Shown piece after piece: positions 24,659 to 39,670 of a stretch of 64,000 bases of DNA (positions are counted from its first letter, which is position 1; every line of letters begins with the position of its first letter). This DNA comes from Bugula neritina (Eukaryota; Animalia; Bryozoa), in assembly GCA_964035545.1 (NCBI GenBank), contig OZ037766.1, forward strand, positions 19,828,767 through 19,892,766, in the 5' to 3' direction. The notes beneath the pieces were generated by a model. The model did not search any database. It was given only the letters and a program-made list of their open reading frames with translations, and was not told the origin of the DNA. Position numbers and translations under genes: made by a program.

Positions 24659-27233
24659 TTAGTGAGAGAGTACTGTATTACAATATTATTATGCACATGC
24701 ACATGATTAAATAGAAATTGTCAGCCCTATGTTAGAACAGCAGTATAGGTATATAAGTATTATGTTAAAATTGAATTTCAGAAAAACTCACAGGAAAAAA
24801 ACTGTTTTAAAAGAGTTGAAAATACATACAAAACCCCCTTGATACTAATCTTGATAAACAGCTGATATTTACAATGGGAGATGTGAAATATTTAGGTAAA
24901 ATGTTCCATTTTACAATAGGCTAATGCAACTTCCTTTTTTATATTCGTTATAGCTTAGAGCTGTTAAAATGCGCAGTTAATACTTTATACTAGACATGAG
25001 TATGTTAAAAATCCTATAAGTCAACCATTCCAAGTTTGTATATATTGTTGGTTTGAACTGCGCTGTTTTACAGGTGACCTTTTAATTATAGCCTAGCTTT
25101 CTTGGATATTTTATATTACTTTCACAACATGTCCTTAGAGGTGATTATGTTTTATGTGTACAGCTAAAAGAAAAAGTTATAGTATTAAAGGTATTCTAAG
25201 ATCTAAACACATTGCCTTTACCTACGTGACTTATTTGTAGGAAGCATTGATTTCGTGCTACTCCTACTTTTCCTTAAGCTATTCTCAATCTGTGTTATAT
25301 TGCGCTGTTATTTGTGGGATAGCTATTGGTATTTTCAAGTACAGTTTTGAGGCACTAATCCTCTCCCAGTTCAGCAAAATAGACAAGACTGATCCAGTTT
25401 AATACCACAAATCTGTCACTAAGCCATCTAGTTTTCCAATATTCAAATTGTTTAGTGTCTATGCAAGGTATTTGTCAACTTTTTAATCAGTTTTGTGCCT
25501 TTAGGAGTTCCTATTTTAGAAATTAATCTGTGACATGTAATTGATTTTAAGATGTGATGCAATCAAGTAAAAAGATGCTAAATAAAAATAGTTGTTTAGT
25601 GAGTCATGTATAGCAGGTAGGGGATTGTACTATATGAACTATGTTGAATTTCGGAAGCTAATGAAACAGCAATAATCTTTTTTATTTGTGTGAAGCGGTT
25701 GATGCAAAAAACTGCCTTTGTTATTACACAGGCACATTGTCATTTCTAATTACATCAAACTTGAAAACAATTGTAAATTATTTCAAAAACTGTACATTGG
25801 TTGAGCTTTTTGCAAAAAAATGCAATTAGCTGACAAACATAACATGCAGTTTGACTTTAACAAAGGCAGAAAAGTTATTTGTCATTAACAAAAAAAAACC
25901 AATAAAAGCAGTGCCTAGTATTTGCTACAAATTATACTGAATTTTCAATATAGATACAAAAAGTTAAAATTTAAGATTGCAGTTATCTGCAATATGATAT
26001 AAAAAGCATGATAGAACTACATACATATAACCATATATATACCAAATTTGGTTAGTTATAGCAGCTATTTTACATTAAAATAGGTTCCTTATTTAAAAAC
26101 TTCAGTATCAATTACATGGCCCAAAAAAATTTTTCAATTTTCAAATAACTTTTAATGTTATTATTCGCAAAGTTAATTTTTGCATAGCATCTCTAGTTAG
26201 TTTAGGCCTATAGTGATATGATTTTATGAATATCATATATTATATTATTCACAGTCATAGAAACAGAATCATGGCTATGCAGTTAATTATAAGCTGATAG
26301 AAATTTCATGCCTAATGAACTATATTAGATAATATTCTTAAACACATTTTTATAGTTCTATAAACAATAATACCTACTATAATATGTAGTTTGTTAATTA
26401 CAGTATAACTCTGCTAGGTTTAAGGTTGATTTTCACAAATGAATCTTGAATGTACAGATGTACATGTAACTGCACTTAGATATCAACTATGTTCACTCCC
26501 TGGACCTGTTGGTTCAACTTTTTAGCTTTAGTTCATCAGACCTACTAAGTACTAACTTAGAGATTAGTGCACTAGATGAAAATTTGCTATCATACAGTGC
26601 ACATACTTACTTAGCAACAATGCTTTATAATTTCTTAATGTGTTTTCCAATACAATTCAGCATAGCAAAACATGTTGCATTACAAAATAATAAATAGTAT
26701 ATTGCTGATTTTAACTTTAACTATATTTTATTACTATTATAGTATACTTTTAAATTTAAGTTAATTTCTAACACTTTTGAAGTAATATATAACATAAATA
26801 ATAATGAAACAAACGCATAAGTTTGTAGAAAAACTGATTTATTCATCAAAATTATAGTTGTTATCATAACTATAATATTAAATAAAATAGCAATCAAGAC
26901 TGAAAAGGTTTAGTCACTCCGGTTATTATAAACAAAATCATCCTTAGATTGGAACTGCCCTATAGAAAGCACAAACGTGTGATTGCTATAACTGCTAGAT
27001 AATACTTCCAACGGGAGCAGGAAAAGTGTGTTGGTTACATTGTCTAAAACCGATGGCTATTAACCAACTATAATCTCAGCTTCACGGCGTTTCCACAAAG
27101 TTTCCTCCAGTATTGGTTTTTTCCCCTACATATTTTGAGTTTTTGCCATTATTTAGAAATATGAACTTATGGTAATCTAGATTAAATGGTGAATAATTGC
27201 AAAAACATTTCCTTGTGAATTCTCTTGATTACC

Positions 27234-27240
27234 TATAAAA
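27234..27240 (+). promoter_or_regulatory. TATA box of glycine-rich peptide gene 2
   Basis: TATAAAA upstream of the GAG|GTAAGT donor at 27349; acceptor ~27593 precedes ATG 27626. Confidence 0.65.
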
Positions 27241-27625
27241 AGAGAAAGACAAGTTGGGAGTTTAGCAGAAAATATAGTTACTTCAACTCACCACTCCAAA
27301 CCCCAGAGAGCAGGTTTCTAATATAATCTACTATAATAATAACTTGAGGTAAGTTTTAGATGCAGTATTTACGTCATATTCAAGAAATTTCTATATTTGT
27401 ATACTATGCTAATAACATTTCCTCGGCTACACTTTTTTGTGCTAATTTAGTGCTATACAAACTTTTCATAAAAAGTACCATAAAGATGTGAAATTTTGTT
27501 TGAAATATTTTGTAAATCATTATACCTAGCATCTTTAACTTTTTTATTAACGTGGAGTGTTACTGTAAGTGTATCATATTTTATTATTTTTAGTATAGGT
27601 ATACTATTGAACCTTAGCCGACAAT

Positions 27626-28098
27626 ATGAAAGTGCTTGCTATCCTTTTGTCAGTCTGCCTTGCTTTGGCCACTGCATCATTTGGAGGTTATGGATTGTAT
27701 GGTGGGAAGGGCTTTAATTTGGGTAAAGGCTTAGGCCTTGGAGCTGGTCTCAATCTTGGTTACAACAGATTTGCAGGAGTTGGTAAATTCGGAAATGCAG
27801 GAATCTATGGAGCTTACGGGTTTGGTAATAAATTGGGTGGTGGAAGATTTGGGAACATATTTGGACTGTATGGCAACAGATTATTTGGTAGGTGTTTATT
27901 TATTTTGTGATATAATAACAAATTTACTGCATTATAGATTGTAAAAAAGTTATATGTTTACAAATCAATCAGGTGTTATATAAAATATCTGGTAACTTAT
28001 AAACAATGATATTTTTATTTATATATTGTTTATTCCTATTACATAAATTGAAAATTGTGTGAGTTAGGTATTCTTGTTATTTTGCAGGCAGATACTAA
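27626..28098 (+). CDS. Secreted glycine-rich peptide 2 (~90 aa)
   Basis: MKVLAILLSVCLALATA signal; FGGYGLYGGKGFNLGKGLG...; exon 27626-27887 with a phase-1 donor GTAGGT, micro-exon tttgcag|28088-28098 (GRY*). Confidence 0.88.
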
Positions 28099-30761
28099 AT
28101 TAGGCTACAGAAACTAAGAAGAAAATGTACTATTCCAACTCTTAGCCACCCATGTTTAATTTAAGTTATCTCTTCAAAACTCACCTATATTGATATGCTA
28201 TTTACATGTCAATGTTAAGTTTGTGTTTTTATAGTTTACGATTGTTTGTTTTTTATAAAATAACCTGTTCATAAATATATGATAAAATGTTTATCATGAA
28301 AGTTATTTGTTGCTTTCTTTGATGAAGAGGCAAAAATGAAAGACTGGGCAAAAGTAATCTAATCGCATAGATTTAAAGATAACATTATGAAAACCTGAAG
28401 TAAAAAGCTACAATTTATGACCAACTGACAGCAGTTTTATTTAATAGAGGTCTAGTACGTGGCCAAAAAGCTGAGTAAAAAGTGCTGCAAAATAATAAAA
28501 AAAATTATAAAAAATTCTTCAAATTTTCAAAAAGTTAACAGCTTGTGAGCTTCCAAACCTAACTTTTGTGCTTCATACTCAATCTTATTGTATATACTTG
28601 CAATATTTTCTCTATCTGTTTAGACTTTAGTGCAGACTATAAGCCTACAAACAAACTAACAATTACTTGAAAACAGTTGTTAGTTCTGCACAAGCTACAG
28701 TCAAAACTCCTACATTCCTTTTTGCAACTAAAATGAAAAACGACAAATCATACACAGTAAAGATATATGCATCAATGTTCAATTAAATTTCATACAAAGA
28801 ATATGTAACATATCATAATAATTATATTTAAGCGTTTTATTATTATATGAAGGCATTTAATAAAACATATTAGCACCTTTCTTAAGACAGTTTTAGCAAC
28901 ATAGTTTTTGCACGCTTTACCAAAAGTTTTCACAAATTTAAAAGCAAAATCTTGAAAAGAAATTATTATTTAGGTTTTACCAAATTTTACACAAAGCACT
29001 CAAAATAAGATGTGTTATAATTCATTATTCTATTTGCTGATATTGCACAATATATTAATAGACTTACTGAATAAAGCAAGCAAGTCTCGAGTTGTGTTAT
29101 GGTATAATTATAACATTCTTCATAATATTATCACACACTGTTAAAGTTGCCTCCTAAAAGTTGAGATTTATATTAACATTTTGTAACTGTTCAATTGAAA
29201 TTAAGAAATTAGCAGAACTCTTTTTCATTTTGTTTAATGCTGTATAACTACCAATGTCAATGATATAACACACTTATAAAATTGACTTTACTTGATCTAG
29301 TGTCAACTCCTGTTAAACTATAAAACATTTACTATAATAGATAAAGAATTTAAGTTTCTAGTTAATTTAGACACTGCATGATTATAGTGTATACTGATCA
29401 TAGCAGCTACCAGCAGTCTCAAGTCTACAATAATATTCTATTGGTCAACCTCAACAATTTCAAATATTTTGCAGACTAAAAAAAATTGCCTATTATCATG
29501 CAATTATTCAGCTCATGTATAGTTTATAATAATCATTAAAATTATTGATATTTCACTCAAATATAATACACACTATATATAATACAGATACTGTATTATA
29601 TTACATCTCATGAGTCACACAAATACTATAATAATGAAGCTGGGAAGTATCACACTGAGCTATTGCAGCATCACTAACGTCCTTACATTATGACATATGC
29701 AACTTTCTGTGAGCAGCATTACATGCAACTATAATACTACGTATAATATACCTAATAACTCATGATATAATGCAAATTTTCATCAAAATTTTAAGACATT
29801 AAAAAATTTAAAGAAGCAAAAGATGCTTGGTGAAATTAGGGCAGAGCTCTAAATGCAAAATATATCTATATTATTGTAGTTGCTTTTGCAGTTTACTGTG
29901 TTTAGTTGTGTAAAGTTAATGGGAGCAACACACAATAATATATAAAACTGTTCTTGCTTTTTTTACAATCATCAAAATTATCATGTATTGCTGTGAGTTG
30001 CTAGATTTGTATGAATAAAGTATATTGCTAATATGCTTTTAATGAGTCTAAATATTTTGAATGCGTGTGGTGCATGTTTCGCTAACTGAATGCATAAATT
30101 ATGTATTGAAAATATCTATTTTCACAGCAAATTTGCTATTTAGAAAACCAAAAAACAAGGCATAGTGATTCCAAAACAAAGTTTAAAATTAAAAACAACT
30201 TGGTTAAAATGCTGTATGATATTATGAGAAGATAATTCTTGAGTTTTAGTAAAATTGTGTTAGCTTTTAAATAAATTTAATAATTTATTTATGATTATCA
30301 AAATAAACTACATTAAAATCAAATGTGTTTATCATCTTTGTCTAGAAACAGTGCAGCATAGTAAATGAACTGTATGATCAATTATGTCACACATGGAAAT
30401 CTCCACATCTAAACAGTCGTATTATTTGTTATTACTTTGTAAATAAGAGTTATAAATGTCACTTTGAATGTATTTCATAATTGTTTTATTGGTTTGTAAA
30501 GAAACAGGTAATTGTGTTAAACGTAACTCATAACAATTTTTAACATGGTTATTAAAACATGTCAATGCAAAAATATCAACATATTCCATTATATATATAC
30601 TATGATATAGTATAATATAACTCATGGCAAGTAAAACGTGGATTAGGTAAATTAGGTGTCAGATTTATCTTGTGTTTCATCACTCAGCTCATTGCTTTTG
30701 CTAACATGTTGCAAAAGTTGGAGGAAAAGGAAAAGCATCATGGTATATAACTGTGCTTGTA

Positions 30762-31571
30762 TTAGTAATGTATAAATCCTACAATAAATAAAATATTAGT
30801 CAGTTTATAACATATAGCACATAGCTATAAAATATTAGACATATATTCAGTCAACAAGTATTCAATTGCAAGTCATTATAGCTATAATTTTTAAGAAAAA
30901 AAAACACACTGCAATTTCAGTAACAAATATTTAATAGAACTTATCAGATTTAATTAAGCTGTCAATTTATTTAAGCAAGTTACAATCTTATTCAATAGTC
31001 AATGTAAACATTTAGCAACACTATGGTTGCTTACGCAGTCACTTTTGTCAGCCACTAAAATATCAATTGCAGCTTTTACGACTAATAATGTGGTTTAAAC
31101 TTTAAAGTAATGTCAGATCTGTAATTATACACAAAATTGACTATTTTGCAACGTTTTGTATAAAAAAAGTTGTTTTTCTAACTCTTTTAATTTTTCTGTA
31201 CTCATACAATTATTGAAAGCAGTATATTTACCTCCATGAAGACCGCCACGAAGTCCGCCATGAAGACCTAGTCCGCCACGGAAACCTAGACCATGTCCAC
31301 CAAATCCACCAAATCCACCAAGTCCACCAAGTCCACCAAGTCCACCAAGTCCACCAAGTCCACCAAGTTTACCAAGTCCACCAAGTCCACCAAGTCCACC
31401 AAGTTTACCAAGTCCAATCCCATTCAGTCCAAAGCCACCCAGTCCACCATGAAAACTGTTGAAGCCAAGAGATTTTGATCCAAAGCTTCTCAAGCCTAAC
31501 CCATCAGTTCCAATAAAAGCTACTGCGCTCATGGCAATACACACGGACAAAACAACTGCAAGAACCTTCAT
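30762..31571 (-). CDS. Secreted glycine-rich peptide 3 with (GGL)n repeats (~118 aa)
   Basis: MKVLAVVLSVCIAMSAVA signal; GGLGGLGKL repeats and GGLH/GGLR; exon 31571-31232 with a phase-1 donor GTAAAT, micro-exon 30778-30762 (GFIHY*). Confidence 0.88.
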
Positions 31572-31983
31572 AGTGCTTTAGTAGTGGAACCTGTAAAGAA
31601 AATCATGAACTATATAAATAACTATCATAAAAAAGTTACCAACTCAGTAGCATGTTTATTAAAAAGTTTGGTTATACTTTAGTTCAAATAGTTGAGTGGC
31701 TGAAGAAGCCATTTCCAAGAGATATATATACTACCAAAATAGGTGTACAGCCCATAAGTCACTAACCTAGAGCTTTTGAAGGAAAATTACATTTGTGTAA
31801 AACATTAAAAACAAACTAGTTATAATTCATTTTAAAGTATAGCTAATAAATAGAGTCCCATAAAGTATATACAGAGTAGAATTAGTGAAGTTTACATGCT
31901 CTAAGTCTCCCAACTTACCTGTTAGCAAAGTGTAATCAGCAATTAGCTTTTAGAAACTGAAGAGTTGTAAAAAGTTTCTTTCT

Positions 31984-31990
31984 TTTTATA
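31984..31990 (-). promoter_or_regulatory. TATA box of glycine-rich peptide gene 3
   Basis: TATAAAA upstream of the CAG|GTAAGT donor at 31918; acceptor ttacag at ~31591. Confidence 0.65.
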
Positions 31991-34900
31991 GTACTGCTCC
32001 ATGGGATAAGCCTGATTTATTATGATTTCAATTACACCAAGATAATATTTTTGATCAACTCTGATTAAACTTATTAAAGTTATTTCCAGGTTTTTTGTTC
32101 GAAGATGAGTAAATGTGGATTTGGAAAGCAGCGGAAGATGATTAGTCAAGATGGATGAGCAGAGCAAAGAACCACACGTCTTGCCACACTCTCCTTAATG
32201 AAGTAGAGAATACTTATATAGACTTTGCATTTAAAATAAATCACATACAAATGATGGGTTCAAGATATTTTTCCCTATGCTTAAAATATTATACAACACT
32301 TGTTTGAATTCATACTAATAAATACAAGTCTTATTATATATACAAATATTACAGCATACAAATCTTGTAATTTATGAAAGTGTTATTATATATATTTCAA
32401 ATTAAAACGTCATAAATAGCCTACCTAATTTGGTTTATGGTACTATTTTACAGAAGGTTATAAGCTCTTGTATGCCAAGTTCATGTAGCATCCAAGGATA
32501 ACTTGAAAATGCAGACAAAAAGTAAAAATTCAATATTCTCTAGTGGCAATAGAGAGGAGAATTTGGTAAACATATGCAATCATCAAATATGCATAAAACA
32601 GAACACACTGGAATATGAAACGCAAATCATTTAGCTTCTAAGTTAGTCTTAAGAAAATAGAAGACCTAGTTTAGCAAAGAGCTGCTACTTTTGTCAAAAT
32701 AACATTTACTGCATTTAAATACTTGCATAAATGCGACTGCTGTGAACAAACAAAGCAAATCTCTTATCCATATATCATCCTCAACTATTGCAAAAAATAA
32801 AAAGATAGGTTTTCTAGCTTTGCAGTCATCACACAGCTATAATATAAACATAGTATAAGTTTAACATATTTAGAGTAGCAGGCCATTGAAAATATATTTG
32901 TAATTAAGATTGTGGAGTTATAAATTATTAGATAGCCTCATCAATCTAACATAAGACTTAATCCCAATGACAGAAGTGTGCTGAAGACATTTGCTGTGGT
33001 TTCACTTGATACCATATTCATTTTAACCTAATCAGTGAGGAAGTCATAAATCTCTTGAAATTAATTTTAAGTTGACGGCATAATATTTATGTAGGTAAAG
33101 ATGTCAATTTCAAATATTGCATACACACGACACTTTAAAGGATTAACTTGACATACATTTTTGTATGTTACATAACTTGGAATGACTTGACTACCACAAC
33201 TTTAGTTCATGTGCTGTTAGAATATGAAGGATAGTAGATATCGTGACGAGATACTGTATAGCTCACAGCATTCTTACAATATTTAAAATAAAGTTTAATT
33301 TTCTCAAAGGAAATTTATGGACTTATTAAATGAGTTATCTGCTCATCATTGCAGTCAAGCCATTGTTGTATCTTATACATTCAAACCTATGTATAATCGT
33401 AAGTTGTTGTATTTTATGTGCATGACAATAGTTTAGTGAAAGGGATCAAGTAAGGTGCCTCATGTAGTCAAAAAGGGACTATAGTAAGACAACATATACC
33501 ATGTAGTTGATGTTTGTTAAACCTAATTTGGTACAAAACATAGCATTTATTGAGTTTTGTAACTGGCAAGCAAAATATTGTTCAATTTACTACCTATAAT
33601 AATGTCAACATGTTTCAAACAAATTGTTGTTGAATTTCATTTAGCTCAAGTAAAAGTCTAACAGCCATCATACTAACATGCACAAAGCAAGTATCCATTT
33701 TTTAGCACATTATTCGGCTTAGCCATGATTGAAAGCAGTTCCTGACTAATGATGGAGCCTAAACCTTGATTGGTGCAGCAAATTAAGACAATCGAAACTC
33801 TGTTTTAAATGATTTTACCGATTGTAAATACATATCATTTATCAAATCCAAATGAAATAGTTTATAACCGGCACAGGGATCAACATATATGACAGGGAAT
33901 AACTACAAATTGTAAACAATGAATAATAACTAGCTGCTACAACTTATCATTGTTTAAAGTGCTACTATAGATTCAAAATCTAAATGTAAATAAATAAATA
34001 TCAAATATTTATTTTTAGTATTTTATTAGCTTTCAGTTCACTATTATTGAAATAGTGACCAAGCATTTTGCAGCTTGTTGATTTTTTTATATATGCTAAG
34101 ATATTAGAAGCTATAAAATAAAACAAAATTTAGCGAATTACTAAGCATTATGGCCGCACATATAATATTATACCTTTGCGCTGCAATTAAATAAATTATT
34201 TTTTGAAATTAACATAATTTTGTGATTTTTGTTTAGATTTATGAGATGGCAACACATGTTGTATGCATTTGTAGGCTCATCCTGAGTTGCCTTACCTTGG
34301 GAAAAGCTAGCTTTAGACATTAAAGTGGCTATTATAAGAATAGAATTAACTGTGCAATTTTTATTCGATCTACGCTATACTATAAGCAATGAAACTGTAA
34401 CAATCTATAAATATAAGGTATTTTTCATTTACAGGATTATCGTTACCAAAATATTTTAACTATAGCAGCTGTTCAAATTTAGAATGAGAAATGCTTCATC
34501 ATGATTTATATTTATTTAATGCCACATTCTACTAGTTATTTTTAGGGTATTTTTTTTCAATTTCCTGTACACACCATGTGCCAAACTTTGTGCTTAGCCA
34601 CAATTTTATTAGCTATTGCACGCTTTCCGTCTTTTAAGGATTACCATCTTACCAACATACGGTTACCTAATTCTGATAAATAGATTCCGGGCAGAGATAA
34701 AAAGATAAATTGACATAAAGCAGATAAAGCATGAGTAACCTATAAGTTATTTAGTAGAATTTTTCAGATTTCCACAGTAATAAGTAATCCAGGTAGTCCA
34801 CCATAACCCACTTATTATTCGACATAATGATGAAATATTAGCACTAATCTACTTATTTATAGAAACTTAGCAAATTAAGTTTACCACAAAATGGCATTTT

Positions 34901-36259
34901 TTCCTTAGCTAGTTTTATTTTCTCAGCTTAAAGGAATGACTGTGTATTTCTGTAACAAAGGAAGAGCGTAGTAGCTTATGAAACATGTCCTATATGTTAC
35001 TCCCCTCTCTTCTACTGCAATAGACTCTTTAATTATCAAATCTTATAACCAAAACTTAGCTTTAATTTAGATTTGGTTGTTTGACAAGAAATTTTAGTTT
35101 GCTGTTTTTGTCTAGTTACTTGATGACAAAGTTTAGTGTTAGTTTTTGTAATGTGCTGCTGATATTTGTTGAGCATTTTGGTGGTTTTATTTTTGAAACA
35201 TTATTATGACATAAGTTACTGCATGATTATCAATGTTCAAGTGTGGTGGTGATCCATGAAAGCAGGTAGTGTTTTGCCAAGAAGTAAAGAGGGGCACAAG
35301 ATTTGAGTATTATAGATACAGGGATCAAATATATCATAATAACGCTACTAGATCTAAGCATTTAGCATTCTTTTTAACTTTACATAATTTATTTATACGC
35401 ATATCATGTGGTTGCGTATATCTAATGTACATTTGACAATATTGTCATTATTTATAACAGTTAGCAGTTTACCTAAAGCTGCAGTATTGAAGACTTTCCC
35501 TAACATGCATATAGAAAGTAGTAGAAATGAAGTTTATGTAACTCGAAACCTATCATCAGTAAATTACTCGTAATGCGAGTTTCAGGTTGTGCAAGTTGGC
35601 AACTGCTTAAGTCTATATTTAATTTCTTTTTACAAATCATCATTGTAAAAGATGTCATATTATAATTCAAATATCATTATTAAATGTGCAAAAGATAATT
35701 AAATTGTCCTGATAAATGTCATTCAAGCCATCACACTGTAAGTGACACTAGTATAATCAAGCTAGCTATAATAACTTCTTATATATAATTGCCAATGCAA
35801 TTAATTTAATGCAAAAACTACTTTTTACATCTGTTTGTTGTGTGATATTAACGTCACCTTCCGTTTTCAGAGAATTTATTTTCTTTTGCTGTTATTTATT
35901 AGCACATGTATGATGTTTGAACATTCTCACAGGATGATATCAGCTTGTTTTATCTTCGTAAAATCCTGACAACATTTACACATCCATCAGGATAAATCTT
36001 ATAAGCTAATCAAATTTACAAATCACCCAATCAACTACTTAAAACTATCATAATTTTCGGACAGGATGTCACTAGAAAGTGTGCTTCCACGTTGTAAATA
36101 GTATGTCTGTTACCAAAAGGAAATACCAACCAACACCATAGTGAATAGAGGATATAACATCGTATGAAGATGGAGCATAAATCTACATCAAAAGCATAGA
36201 TTATACCTCTAACCTATTGCTATGGCTTATAAAACATTTTACTAAAACTTGAAAGTAAA

Positions 36260-36269
36260 GGGACTTTCC
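36260..36269 (+). promoter_or_regulatory. Canonical kappaB motif GGGACTTTCC within the glycine-rich peptide cluster
   Basis: Exact match to the classical NF-kB element; a single short motif, function unproven. Confidence 0.25.
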
Positions 36270-37197
36270 CTCCAGGCAGTATATAATATTTTAAGTACCG
36301 TAAATTATGCCATACCTATACTAGGCCTATTTCCTATTGTATACTACAGCCAGTAATGGTGAAAAAATATTTAGCAAATCAACCCTAGTATATCTGCACA
36401 TAGAAACTACAGCTATAGCATCGGTTGTTGCTATGCTTTAACATTTAGTCGGCTTACTTACCTACAAATACTTTAACACCTGTTCCTCTGAGCAGAAATC
36501 AGCAAATCAATTAATTTGTACTATAGTTTTAACTGTTTGCTATAAAAGTTCACTATTTTGAAACACTTTTTGCCATGAGAAATTTTCTTGCCAAACAAAT
36601 ATCAATTAAACAATTGTTTTTATTCTCTTCGCTAGCTGGCATTATGAGCAGACTAATGCATTCAACATAATACTAAATCATGTGATGCTGTGTTGGCCAA
36701 AGCAGTAAAAAGATTCCTTTGCAGCTGAGTATCCTGTATATTGTTCAAGTTTTATGCAGCCAAACCAAGTTGTAAAGCACTACAGAAATTGAATCTCTTT
36801 TTGTATTACAAGCAGACTTGCTGAAAAATTTAATCATGGAAGGTACATGGTTTTTACTGAAACAAAAACATTTTACAACTTTATGTTTTAGTATAGCTTA
36901 TATAGCATGTCAACTCAATTCAAACTTTTGCAAAAACTTGGTTGATAAAAATCAATCATATTTTTTTCAGATTTTGAAAATCTTCATTTATTTAGTAAAT
37001 TTTAACAAAAACCAAACAAGTAAGCAGAAAAATCAACAGTAACATTGTAATTATAGAACACAAATCTAACATGAATTAAATGTTCTCAATGAAACACATT
37101 AAAACTAAGTTTATTGTTTGTACCATGATAGATATTTAAAGAATCTTATGTGAGTTGTGGAATGAATCTTTAAACAGCTCATTCTTCAGAAGATATT

Positions 37198-37626
37198 TTA
37201 GTAGTAGCCACCTACAAAATTAACAACATTTAGAATTCATCCATAGTTTAATATTAACTATAACAATAACAAAAAGATAATAATAGAAGAAAATATGCAT
37301 GTTATAAAAATAGAGGTCAGAAAGCAGAAAAAATTGAATATATTTACACACCTCAAAATACATACATAATAATTGTATTACTCTATTATATATTATTTAT
37401 ACTAACCTAGCCCTCCATAACCAAATTTATTAAATCCACCAAATCTTCCCAGTCCACCAAAACCACCAAGACCTCCAAACTTTCCAAATCTTCCAAAACC
37501 AGCACCGTTGAACTTATTCAGCCCTCCGAATCCTAGTCCTATTCCACCAAACCCTCCACCATATCCTCCGACCAATGCAGATGTGAAAGCAAGGCAGACA
37601 GCAAGAAACAAGGCGAGTACCTTCAT
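37198..37626 (-). CDS. Secreted glycine-rich peptide 4 (~77 aa)
   Basis: MKVLALFLAVCLAFTSA signal (true ATG at 37626, after an acceptor at ~37637); GGYGGGFGG...GRFGKFGG; exon 37626-37407 with a phase-1 donor GTTAGT, micro-exon 37211-37198 (GGYY*). Confidence 0.88.
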
Positions 37627-37929
37627 GTTGAATTTTCTAGAATAGAAATACAGTTTTTCAACAGTCATTTTTCAGTCAGTAAATTCTAGCAAGATATAAA
37701 GCTTTAACAGAGCTTTATTAGGCTATATTATATTCAAACTATTTTCTCACTTTGTAAAATAAAACTTTTATCGTGAAATAATTTAAGCTACAAAAATACA
37801 TAGCTATCAAAAATTTAAAAAAAACATAACCAATAATTTAGAAATTTTTTACTTACTGTAGTTTTTTAAAAAATGGTGTCAGATACAAAAGATTTTGGTG
37901 AATGATGTCTTGGCTAACTTTTTTCACAC

Positions 37930-37936
37930 TTTTATA
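37930..37936 (-). promoter_or_regulatory. TATA box of glycine-rich peptide gene 4
   Basis: TATAAAA upstream of the GTAAGT donor at 37856. Confidence 0.6.
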
Positions 37937-38719
37937 TAAAATCATTTACTCAATTACAATATTTTTATAATAAATCATATAAGCAATAATTAGAGCATGT
38001 ATATGTACATGTATTTTCGGGTCAAGTTGTCTCATTTTGGTAATTACTAGAGCAAGTTTGTGATCTGAGAGCTGAGTATAAAATTAGTGATTCTCTAAAT
38101 TAAAGATGAGCTGTGCTCTGAATCTCTGAATCCTTTTCACTGCTTTAAAGTCACAGACTTCAGCTAACTGAGTCCACTTGTCACCATCGATGTCACTATT
38201 ACTGTCATGTGTCATCATCACTGTCACTTATCACCATTTAGTTGTTAGCCTCATCTATTAGTTGTTTGCCTTATAAGACACTCACTCTTAATTATAGCTG
38301 TCACTCAACTTGGCCACAGAAACCAAACCCTCGGATTTTCTCAGCTACTATAATTGTAATAATTAATGTGTTAATGCTATTCCTTAATTGCATATAGCCC
38401 AAGTCTATGTAAAAGGCTCAATGGACGTTGAGTGTTGCCAAGTTTTCTGCTATATTAAAATCTGAACAACAACAGCACATATTGTGGGTGCTCCTAAGTT
38501 ATTTAAATCATGTTAATAGAAAATAAATAAACTACTTAATTATTTGTTGGTAATAATCAATATTAAAAAGCCATTTGATGCTTTAATTTAATATTTTATA
38601 AACATGCATACATGTATATAAAATGATGATGACAAGCAAAAATTATTATAAGCAGTACCTCACTTTTGATGCTCCTAACCTTTCTTAACTTTTAAATAAA
38701 AATTTGAGATATATTATGT

Positions 38720-39670
38720 TCTTGTCATTATACATATTACAATACATCTACATTTTACAGAAATTAGCCTAAACAATTACCATATCTATCTAAATATTAT
38801 AAATTAGGTTCAATAAGACAGAGCAAAAACTTTTCCTAACAAAACGATTTGCTATAAGAGCTTTCATAAAATGTTTAAATAGTTGCAGTACGTATACATC
38901 AAGAAGCACATTATAACCTTATGTAAGTCATGTACTTGATTTTTGTAATTACAAAAATGTAATAGTGATTAATTATATACTAATGGAGTCAGCTTTATTT
39001 TTAATTCCAACTATTATTGCTTGTTGAATTACCAGTGTTATTCATTTAAGTCATGCTGTCATGCTGTCAGTCAAATATCATTCTTGAAGTAATGCAGCTA
39101 CCATACGTTTGTACTTTATTAGAGCTGTAAGTTTTTTGATGTTCACAATAATATTTCTTAGCTTTTAAACAAGATTTTGAAATATGTTTTTCTTTACCAT
39201 TATACATACTATACAATGCAACCTATACATATTACAAAAATTAGCCTAAGTAATTATTATTGCTAAATTTATTTAAATATAAATAAGGCATGTTATTTCA
39301 ACTCAATTGAAAAAATGTCAGTTTTTGTTTCATGAAAGTTGCTAATTATTTGTTTAGAGAAATTTTTTAATGCACTGTTCTATAAGACGACAAAAAGACT
39401 ATTTGCTAATAGAGTTTTCATAGGAATATTGTGTAAATACAGTAGCTGCAGTACATTGGGAAGCACATTATAAGATTATGTAGGTGATCTACTTGACTTT
39501 TGTAGTTACAAAAATTATAAATAGTGATTATAATTATATTATAGCATGAAATATTCATTTGAACTAATGGAGTCACCTTTGTTGTTAGTTCCAACTATTA
39601 TTGCCCATTTAATTACTATTTTTATTTATTTAAATCATACTGTTCATCTGATTATTTCTTGTAATGACTA
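38720..39670. repeat. Old diverged tandem duplication (~400-470 bp units, ~38720-39095 and ~39195-39670)
   Basis: Collinear shared blocks: aaattagcctaa, gaagcacattataa, tacttga.ttttgta.ttacaaaaat, actaatggagtca, ttccaactattattgc. Confidence 0.75.

Noticed and set aside
31293-31478. (STK)n ORF
   Set aside because: Antisense reading of the GGL repeats of peptide gene 3.
34775-34815. Fifth glycine-rich peptide remnant (VGYGGLPG on the minus strand)
   Set aside because: Only ~8 residues, with no signal peptide or gene structure.
35545-35590. Type II hammerhead-like motif on the minus strand (aacct GAAA ctcg-catta-cgag TA attta CTGATGA t aggtt)
   Set aside because: The core words are in the right order, but stem I is only 5 unpaired nt and the first stem II pair is mismatched, so it cannot fold as a hammerhead.
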